Below, piece by piece: positions 54,358 through 64,000 of a DNA stretch of 64,000 nt. The DNA comes from TPA_inf: Saccharomyces (taxonomy: Eukaryota). The notes under the pieces were generated by a model that saw nothing but the letters and a program-made list of their open reading frames with translations, had not been told where the DNA came from and made no database searches. The stretch covers positions 352,001 to 416,000 of the forward strand of contig BK006947.3 in NCBI GenBank assembly GCA_000146045.2, given 5' to 3'. The translations under genes were made by a program, and so were the position numbers. How positions within the stretch are numbered: position 1 is the first letter of the stretch; each line of letters starts with the position of its first letter.

Positions 54358-56022
54358 ATGGTTAAGGTCAGTTTGGATAACGTCAAATTACTGGTGGATG
54401 TTGATAAGGAGCCTTTCTTTAAACCATCTAGTACTACAGTGGGAGATATTCTTACCAAGGATGCTCTAGAGTTCATTGTTCTTTTACACAGAACTTTCAA
54501 CAACAAGAGAAAACAATTATTGGAAAACAGACAAGTTGTTCAGAAGAAATTAGACTCGGGCTCCTATCATCTGGATTTCCTGCCTGAAACTGCAAATATT
54601 AGAAATGATCCCACTTGGCAAGGTCCAATTTTGGCACCGGGGTTAATTAATAGGTCAACGGAAATCACAGGGCCTCCATTGAGAAATATGCTGATCAACG
54701 CTTTGAATGCTCCTGTGAACACCTATATGACTGATTTTGAAGATTCAGCTTCACCTACTTGGAACAACATGGTTTACGGTCAAGTTAATCTCTACGACGC
54801 GATCAGAAATCAAATCGATTTTGACACACCAAGAAAATCGTACAAATTGAATGGAAATGTGGCCAACTTGCCCACTATTATCGTGAGACCCCGTGGTTGG
54901 CACATGGTGGAAAAGCACCTTTATGTAGATGATGAACCAATCAGCGCTTCCATCTTTGATTTTGGTTTATATTTCTACCATAATGCCAAAGAATTAATCA
55001 AATTGGGCAAAGGTCCTTACTTCTATTTGCCAAAGATGGAGCACCACTTGGAAGCTAAACTATGGAACGACGTCTTCTGTGTAGCTCAAGATTACATTGG
55101 GATCCCAAGGGGTACAATCAGAGCTACTGTGTTGATTGAAACTTTGCCTGCTGCTTTCCAAATGGAAGAGATCATCTATCAATTAAGACAACATTCTAGT
55201 GGGTTGAATTGCGGACGTTGGGACTATATTTTCTCTACAATCAAGAGATTAAGAAATGATCCTAATCACATTTTGCCCAATAGAAATCAAGTGACTATGA
55301 CTTCCCCATTCATGGATGCATACGTGAAAAGATTAATCAATACCTGTCATCGGAGGGGTGTTCATGCCATGGGTGGTATGGCTGCGCAAATCCCTATCAA
55401 AGACGACCCGGCAGCCAATGAAAAGGCCATGACTAAAGTCCGTAATGATAAGATTAGAGAGCTGACAAATGGACATGATGGGTCATGGGTTGCACACCCA
55501 GCACTGGCCCCTATTTGTAATGAAGTTTTCATTAATATGGGAACACCAAACCAAATCTATTTCATTCCTGAAAACGTTGTAACGGCTGCTAATCTGCTGG
55601 AAACCAAAATTCCAAATGGTGAGATTACTACCGAGGGAATTGTACAAAACTTGGATATCGGGTTGCAGTACATGGAAGCTTGGCTCAGAGGCTCTGGATG
55701 TGTGCCCATCAACAACTTGATGGAAGACGCCGCCACTGCTGAAGTGTCTCGTTGTCAATTGTATCAATGGGTGAAACACGGTGTTACTCTAAAGGACACG
55801 GGAGAAAAGGTCACCCCAGAATTAACCGAAAAGATTCTAAAAGAACAAGTGGAAAGACTGTCTAAGGCAAGTCCATTGGGTGACAAGAACAAATTCGCGC
55901 TGGCCGCTAAGTATTTCTTGCCAGAAATCAGAGGCGAGAAATTCAGTGAATTTTTGACTACATTGTTGTACGACGAAATTGTGTCCACTAAGGCGACGCC
56001 CACTGATTTGAGCAAATTGTGA
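54358..56022 (+). CDS. MLS1: Malate synthase (glyoxylate cycle), 554 aa, C-terminal SKL peroxisomal targeting signal
   Basis: 589-aa ORF trimmed to the ATG at 54358 ([12 protein letters not shown]...). Malate synthase family sequence throughout. The ORF ends ...PTDLSKL (PTS1). Confidence 0.94.
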   Translation: MVKVSLDNVKLLVDVDKEPFFKPSSTTVGDILTKDALEFIVLLHRTFNNKRKQLLENRQVVQKKLDSGSYHLDFLPETANIRNDPTWQGPILAPGLINRSTEITGPPLRNMLINALNAPVNTYMTDFEDSASPTWNNMVYGQVNLYDAIRNQIDFDTPRKSYKLNGNVANLPTIIVRPRGWHMVEKHLYVDDEPISASIFDFGLYFYHNAKELIKLGKGPYFYLPKMEHHLEAKLWNDVFCVAQDYIGIPRGTIRATVLIETLPAAFQMEEIIYQLRQHSSGLNCGRWDYIFSTIKRLRNDPNHILPNRNQVTMTSPFMDAYVKRLINTCHRRGVHAMGGMAAQIPIKDDPAANEKAMTKVRNDKIRELTNGHDGSWVAHPALAPICNEVFINMGTPNQIYFIPENVVTAANLLETKIPNGEITTEGIVQNLDIGLQYMEAWLRGSGCVPINNLMEDAATAEVSRCQLYQWVKHGVTLKDTGEKVTPELTEKILKEQVERLSKASPLGDKNKFALAAKYFLPEIRGEKFSEFLTTLLYDEIVSTKATPTDLSKL

Positions 56023-56340
56023 TCTCCCTTGCCCCAGTGTACACATATATAAAAATATATTCATGCCTATATGATTATGTATCGGAATCCAAAAACTTAT
56101 CTTTATATTGCTTCGTTTCGTAGTTAGCAATGAATCATCTTATCATGATTCCTTTTTTTGTTTTGGCCAGATTAATGTATCACGGTCGACGGCGAAGGCA
56201 TCAACCATTGTTGTGGAATTTCAAACACAATACTTGATGACTCCAAACGTGGGCATATATTTTGATTTGAAAAGAAGTCGAGAAAGTATAGCAACGCATT
56301 GTATACGTTTGAAGCTTTCAGCAAAGGATATACCGTGGAA

Positions 56341-57909
56341 ATGTACACGCCTATCCCTGCTAATACCCCTGCTCCCACTGCACCAACTTCATCGATGACG
56401 TCCAACTCTTCATCCGCATCAAATGCCAACACCACTAGCAGTAGTGGCATAAACCCAAGGAACAGAGCCAGTGGTACTCCATCCAATGAGCGGGCTCGTC
56501 CGGCGTCGGGTATCAGTTCGTTTTTGAATACCTTCGGAATTAGGCAAAATAGCCAGACAGCTTCTTCTTCTGCGGCTCCTGATCAGCGTCTATTCGGCAC
56601 AACCCCATCTAACTCACATATGAGTGTGGCCATGGAAAGTATCGATACCGCTCCGCAACAGCAGGAACCACGTCTGCATCATCCTATACAAATGCCTCTG
56701 TCGGCCCAGTTCCACGTTCATCGCAACTATCAACTCCCCATCTCCATATCTCTCACTGCCCCTACAACCACAGACCACCAGCAATCATCTGCGCATAATT
56801 TCGAAGGCAACAATGTTGGTAACGTTCAAGAGTCTTTGAATCAGCGGCAGCCTAACGGTACTAACAATACCACAACCTCGATAATTTCCATGGCGCCAGC
56901 GGCTACAACGAGAAATATAGTCGGTGGTGCAGATGGATCTACTATTGTTAACAACAGTCAGGAAATGTATAAGAATTTACGTCACTTGATATATGCTGCA
57001 AACCAGCCAAATGGGACCGAAATTTTACATTTGGATTTACCTGCAACAAGTGCAGAGGAGTCAAACAATATGTTCAATGTAGATGAGGTCACTTTGAAGC
57101 AAAGGAAAGATAAGCATGGTCTTTTTAGTATAAGACTAACCCCATTTATTGATAGTTCGTCCACGACAAATCAAGGTTTATTCTTTGAACCGATTATAAG
57201 AAAGGCTGGCCCTGGATCCCAATTGGTTATTGGCCGCTATACTGAGCGTGTTCGCGATGCAATTTCTAAAATACCTGAACAATATCATCCAGTTGTATTT
57301 AAATCCAAAGTTGTTTCAAGGACACATGGTTGTTTTAAAGTTGACTCTCAAGGTAACTGGTATATAAAGGATGTGAAATCATCTAGTGGAACTTTCTTAA
57401 ATCACCAAAGGCTCTCACCCGCTTCCTCTTTATCGAAAGATACCCCTCTTCGTGATGGTGATATTTTACAGTTAGGAATGGATTTTAGAGGTGGCACGGA
57501 AGAAATCTATCGTTGTGTAAGGATGAGGATTGAGCTAAATAGATCATGGAAACTAAAGGCAAATTCGTTCAACAAAGAAGCTTTACAGCGTTTGCAGAAT
57601 TTACAAAAATTAACTACAGGTATTGAAGAAGAAGATTGTTCGATTTGCCTATGTAAGATCAAACCGTGTCAAGCAATTTTCATATCACCATGCGCACATA
57701 GCTGGCATTTCCGTTGTGTAAGAAGATTGGTCATGCTCTCATATCCGCAATTTGTTTGCCCCAACTGTAGATCAAGTTGTGATTTGGAGGCCTCCTTTGA
57801 AAGTAGTGACGAGGAAGATGAAAGTGATGTGGAAAGTGAAGGTGATCAACTGGTGGATCAACTTAGCGTCTTAATGGAAACTTCAAAGGATGTTGATAGC
57901 CATCCTTAA
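56341..57909 (+). CDS. DMA2: FHA-RING E3 ubiquitin ligase (CHFR/Dma family), 522 aa
   Basis: 536-aa ORF trimmed to the ATG at 56341 (MYTPIPANTPAP...). Central FHA domain. C-terminal RING: CSICLCKIKPCQAIFISPCAHSWHFRCV...CPNC. Confidence 0.87.
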   Translation: MYTPIPANTPAPTAPTSSMTSNSSSASNANTTSSSGINPRNRASGTPSNERARPASGISSFLNTFGIRQNSQTASSSAAPDQRLFGTTPSNSHMSVAMESIDTAPQQQEPRLHHPIQMPLSAQFHVHRNYQLPISISLTAPTTTDHQQSSAHNFEGNNVGNVQESLNQRQPNGTNNTTTSIISMAPAATTRNIVGGADGSTIVNNSQEMYKNLRHLIYAANQPNGTEILHLDLPATSAEESNNMFNVDEVTLKQRKDKHGLFSIRLTPFIDSSSTTNQGLFFEPIIRKAGPGSQLVIGRYTERVRDAISKIPEQYHPVVFKSKVVSRTHGCFKVDSQGNWYIKDVKSSSGTFLNHQRLSPASSLSKDTPLRDGDILQLGMDFRGGTEEIYRCVRMRIELNRSWKLKANSFNKEALQRLQNLQKLTTGIEEEDCSICLCKIKPCQAIFISPCAHSWHFRCVRRLVMLSYPQFVCPNCRSSCDLEASFESSDEEDESDVESEGDQLVDQLSVLMETSKDVDSHP

Positions 57910-58118
57910 GGTCAAAGAAAATACACAGTTTGAAAAATAAAGAAAAACCACCGAACTCCACATCTCGTACCTTAATATTATTTTAATTATTCTCTTAGTA
58001 TTTATATATTTGCGCCGTTTACATATTTGACTTATTGTTTTCAGGAATACAATACCTCCATCGTTGGCAGTCAATTTTGCTTTCACATATAAAACTAAAA
58101 AAAAAGTAAAGAACTCGG

Positions 58119-60053
58119 TTAATCCTCGGTTAGTTTGCCAAGCTCACCTATTAATCTTAATAGGACTTCTTGAGTTTGTTGTTTGCCCAGACCATACTTA
58201 TATATTTCATGCCCACCTTCAACTATTTTCCATTCTTGAGTCTTGTGAGAAATTTTGGTCAAATCTCTTTGCCAATCGCCCCATAATGCCGACTTCTTCA
58301 CCATTTCCTTAGAGCTAACGATGCTTGTCTTCACATTTTGCAAAGATTCTGCATTGTTTGTCACATCTCTGTAACTTAGAATTGAACTCGTCACGCTTTC
58401 CAAAAACTTGGAACGCAAGAAACGTCCTTGATATTTCATATCACGCCCATATATACGTTCTTTAGACCCATGATGAGCTAGTAACCATGAAGTCTGTAAT
58501 CTCCATCCTAAACTCGACCAAATGCCTTTCCACCATAATCTAAATTCGTTATGCCTTTCTATCTCCGAAGGTAACCAAGTCTTATCATGGTTGCGGCCAT
58601 CCCCATCATTACCATTGCCATCGTCGCCATCGTCGCCATCACCACGGCCTGGAGGTAGTAATCTTTGAATGTAGTTTTTTAACAATAGTTCTTCATGCCA
58701 TGATTCAACAAGCATCATGCTATCCACAATATCGACATTCTTGGCGGTAAATACTCTTGTAAATAGCCCGCCAAGGTCGTATCCTACTGTAGTGAAGGGA
58801 CCTTTAATTTTTGCATCTTTGATCAATGCGTACCTTAAAGATTCCGCAACCATCGCAATAGAGATTGGGGCGGGAGGAGAATCGCTCAACCCGTACCCTG
58901 GTCTATCGTATAGACAATATCTTTGAATTTTGTCTAAATGATATAGTTCCTCAATCCAGGTGGCAGAAAGGTAACCAGTATCATAACCTCCGTGTTCAAA
59001 CAAGATGATAGGTTGCTTCTTATTTTCAGACAAATCTGTGTTGTTTTCTTGATCAAATACGTCACCATAACAAGTTATATGCAACTGATAGGTTTTAGCG
59101 GCATCTACGTAATGGAACGCCTCGTACGAGGGCGACTGAACGGTTATTGGTAATTTGTGAGTCAATCTGTAGGTATCCAATGTCGTTAAAAGTGTATTCA
59201 GGGTGAATAAAGCGAAGAATATTAAAATTAAAAACTTAATAGTATTCCTGAACCCAATGGATACCCATTCTGTCAATGTATGTTTGTTTTGGACCAGCTG
59301 CGAGCGGTGGGTGGGGGTTGGCGACCCAGAGCCATATTGGCTTCTGTCCCTGTTTTCGGTACTATTTGTATGGTTTTCGTTGAAAGTACTAATATTAGCA
59401 TCATCAATTCTGCGTTCCTCCAATGGCTCATTTATTGAGTTGTTGTAAAACAAGAGATACCAATCTAATATTGCCCCAATAAAAAATGAAAACGAAGTCC
59501 ACAAATATGTAAACGTGCCCACAAAGCCGATTCTTTGCCTAGTGTATTTAATTAGATAGGTCAATGCTAGATTGAACAACGTCAAAACACAGAGAGTTAC
59601 ATTTAAGCTGTAATCTAAAGCTGAGTACAGTCCCAGCTTATTAAACCAGAGATTGAAAGAATTAGCTATGATCGAGATGAATATTAAAGTCAAGTCGTTA
59701 AAACTTGCGTACCTGTTACTGAATCCGAAAAGAATATTGATATTGAAAAAGAAATCTGAAATCAAAGTGGTGACTAGCCAGATGGTGTTAATTAGAATTA
59801 GGATATTTAATATCCATTTGGAGTTATGAATAAAGATTCTATAACCTTTGCGAATTTGAAAGAGACTATCTTTGATGAACCCATCGGATTCAATGTCACG
59901 ACCTTCATTAACTGCTGGGCCATTCGCGGATCCTGCACCAAGGGTCCGGTGGTTGTTGTTCAGCAACGGTTGCGCTTCTGGGTGTTCACTATCTATATCT
60001 GTTCTTTCCATTCCCGTCCTTGCCGGATCATTATCTAAACCATTAGCCTTCAT
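58119..60053 (-). CDS. YNL115C: Uncharacterized multi-pass membrane protein with a C-terminal alpha/beta-hydrolase-like domain, 644 aa
   Basis: Full ORF. About 6 predicted TM helices in residues 80 to 300. After that come an HGG motif (EHGGYD, encoded at 58986..58994) and a nucleophile-elbow-like VGYDLGG (58767..58784). A G/D-rich loop (GDGDDGDDGNGNDGDG) follows, then a C-terminal GGHE. Confidence 0.82.
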   Translation of the reverse strand: MKANGLDNDPARTGMERTDIDSEHPEAQPLLNNNHRTLGAGSANGPAVNEGRDIESDGFIKDSLFQIRKGYRIFIHNSKWILNILILINTIWLVTTLISDFFFNINILFGFSNRYASFNDLTLIFISIIANSFNLWFNKLGLYSALDYSLNVTLCVLTLFNLALTYLIKYTRQRIGFVGTFTYLWTSFSFFIGAILDWYLLFYNNSINEPLEERRIDDANISTFNENHTNSTENRDRSQYGSGSPTPTHRSQLVQNKHTLTEWVSIGFRNTIKFLILIFFALFTLNTLLTTLDTYRLTHKLPITVQSPSYEAFHYVDAAKTYQLHITCYGDVFDQENNTDLSENKKQPIILFEHGGYDTGYLSATWIEELYHLDKIQRYCLYDRPGYGLSDSPPAPISIAMVAESLRYALIKDAKIKGPFTTVGYDLGGLFTRVFTAKNVDIVDSMMLVESWHEELLLKNYIQRLLPPGRGDGDDGDDGNGNDGDGRNHDKTWLPSEIERHNEFRLWWKGIWSSLGWRLQTSWLLAHHGSKERIYGRDMKYQGRFLRSKFLESVTSSILSYRDVTNNAESLQNVKTSIVSSKEMVKKSALWGDWQRDLTKISHKTQEWKIVEGGHEIYKYGLGKQQTQEVLLRLIGELGKLTED

Positions 60054-60770
60054 GATCTGTTCGCTCTGATGCCTACAGTTCTTTCTTCAATGGCTTTCCT
60101 TTCCTTTCCTCCTTATAGAATATAGCAAGGCATCTAACTTTTAGTTTTTCTCTCATCCCTTTAAACTGCACGATGGTTAAAATTAGGGGTCCGAATAGCC
60201 TTGCAAGGAATAGATTAAAGAACACTATATATGCATAGCCACTTCAAAACGTGCTGAGAACATGCCATCAAGGTTGACCAATACGATTGCTGATTCGACA
60301 ACTTCTACATTACATAGGCATATACATATCAGAAAAACGTGCTTTATAGGTACATTTTTTAATTCCTTAAACATAACTTGCTTCTATTTTGGGATAGTTC
60401 CTTTTCTTTGAACTACGTTTTTTGGGCAGAAATATAAAAAAAAACCGAAAAAAACGGCACGCAAGAAAGCTTATTCAAAAAGACGCAACAATATCATAGA
60501 TTATTCTAAGTACCAACAACGTGATAAACTTTGTTCTAATAAAGCTACATCTTATCTCTTCTGTACAGCTTTATTGGGGTGAATCATATTTACTTCAATC
60601 CGGGTAATGGTAAACGTAACAAGTGATAGAAATATTCACCTGCGATGAGCTGGAAAAAAAAAAAATTTCAAAAGAAAACCATACTAATGCTGAGGTATAA
60701 AGTAACGAATTGGGGAAAGGCCATCAATCCAAAGTCGGAAAAATTGAACTTCACATAAAGTACCAGGCAA

Positions 60771-61199
60771 ATGACTGAAGACATCGAACAAAAAAAGACC
60801 GCTACAGAGGTAACACCACAAGAACCAAAGCACATCCAAGAAGAAGAAGAACAGGATGTTGATATGACTGGCGATGAAGAACAGGAAGAGGAACCAGACA
60901 GGGAAAAAATTAAGCTTCTCACACAGGCAACATCTGAAGATGGAACTAGTGCCTCTTTTCAAATTGTAGAGGAGGATCACACGCTTGGAAATGCCCTTCG
61001 TTACGTTATAATGAAAAATCCAGACGTAGAATTTTGTGGTTACTCGATACCTCATCCTTCTGAAAACCTATTAAATATCAGAATTCAAACCTACGGTGAA
61101 ACGACCGCGGTGGATGCTCTTCAAAAAGGGCTAAAGGACTTGATGGATTTATGTGACGTTGTAGAATCTAAGTTTACTGAAAAAATCAAGAGCATGTAG
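60771..61199 (+). CDS. RPC19: RNA polymerase I/III shared subunit AC19 (Rpb11/alpha-like), 142 aa
   Basis: Full ORF. Acidic N-terminus followed by an Rpb11-like dimerisation domain (HTLGNALRYVIMKNPDVEFCGYSIPHP). Confidence 0.92.
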   Translation: MTEDIEQKKTATEVTPQEPKHIQEEEEQDVDMTGDEEQEEEPDREKIKLLTQATSEDGTSASFQIVEEDHTLGNALRYVIMKNPDVEFCGYSIPHPSENLLNIRIQTYGETTAVDALQKGLKDLMDLCDVVESKFTEKIKSM

Positions 61200-61448
61200 A
61201 TGTTACGGATCGACTCAAAGACCCTCTGTCACTCTGAAATTTCTAATAATTATGCACACCACGCTAGTATAGATACAGCTTGATTTGTGTATCCCGTTTA
61301 TAGTCGTGCTATTTAAAATCTATGTATAATATAACCAGATAAAAATACACCTTCGTACAAGGTGCTAATAATGTTGAGAATTCGAAATTCCTTTTTAAAG
61401 GCGTATTCCGTATTGAATGATTGAAAAATTTATTTCTTTTTTTATTTC

Positions 61449-61474
61449 TTTTTTTTTTTTTTTTTTTTTTTTTT
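61449..61474 (+). repeat. T26 homopolymer in the RPC19-DBP2 intergenic region
   Basis: 26 consecutive T at 61449..61474, directly upstream of the PAC/RRPE elements. Confidence 0.9.
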
Positions 61475-61482
61475 ACGCCGAT

Positions 61483-61502
61483 GCTCATCGCAGAAAATTT
61501 TT
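61483..61502 (+). promoter_or_regulatory. DBP2 promoter PAC element GCTCATCGC (61483..61491) abutting RRPE AAAATTTTT (61494..61502)
   Basis: Exact reverse-complement PAC (GCGATGAGC) and RRPE (AAAAATTTT) consensus sequences, 2 nt apart and about 140 bp upstream of the DBP2 ATG. This is the classic ribosome-biogenesis regulon architecture. Confidence 0.6.
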
Positions 61503-61620
61503 CCTTCAGTTTATTTGTCTTATAAAAAGACTGTCCTACGCTCAAATAACTTATACTTTTCTGTATCTCATTCAAATTATTTTCTTGTCAACAACCTGTA
61601 ACAGAATTAAGCACTATTAA

Positions 61621-64000
<2,380 letters not shown>

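Noticed and set aside
60684-61055. 123-aa minus-strand ORF overlapping the RPC19 start (the dubious YNL114C-type call)
   Set aside because: It overlaps the conserved RPC19 ORF and its promoter. No domain, and Phe/Leu-rich from the antisense of an acidic coding region.

Overview
This window is a contiguous, gene-dense stretch of Saccharomyces cerevisiae nuclear DNA, which I place on the left arm of chromosome XIV. It runs from YNL144C through MEP2, AAH1, THO2, YSF3, SRV2, NAM9, EAF7, FPR1, YNL134C, FYV6, tF(GAA), KRE33, TOM22, CPT1, NRK1, TEP1, FAR11, SPC98, ESBP6, NAF1, NMA111, YNL122C, TOM70, NCS2, DCP2, MLS1, DMA2, YNL115C and RPC19 into the 5' part of DBP2. Gene order is collinear and the ORF lengths match the known proteins when I trim a few ORFs to internal ATGs. 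Three spliceosomal introns are recoverable by eye from GTATGT, TACTAAC and AG signals: YSF3, CPT1 and the 1002-nt DBP2 intron. There is one intron-containing tRNA-Phe(GAA) gene with A/B boxes and a T-run Pol III terminator. I see no CRISPR array, no Ty/LTR footprint, no rDNA and no sign of a foreign insertion. I therefore cannot support the idea that this window hides a new multi-gene system; it looks like ordinary housekeeping chromosome. Six things deserve a second look. (1) The YNL143C ORF is built from the MEP2 promoter: a GATAAG cluster plus a 32-nt poly(dA:dT) run that would encode poly-lysine. (2) The uncharacterised membrane protein YNL115C carries a GxDxGG nucleophile-elbow and an HGG motif, suggesting an Asp-nucleophile alpha/beta hydrolase. 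(3) There are very long homopolymers: T52 between MEP2 and AAH1, and T26 in the RPC19-DBP2 promoter. (4) A 2.4-kb ORF-poor divergent region lies between YNL144C and MEP2. (5) The DBP2 and KRE33 promoters carry ribosome-biogenesis PAC and RRPE motifs. (6) A CSRE sits upstream of MLS1, which also ends in a C-terminal SKL. All protein identifications rest on my recognition of the translated ORFs. I could not run BLAST or HMM searches.
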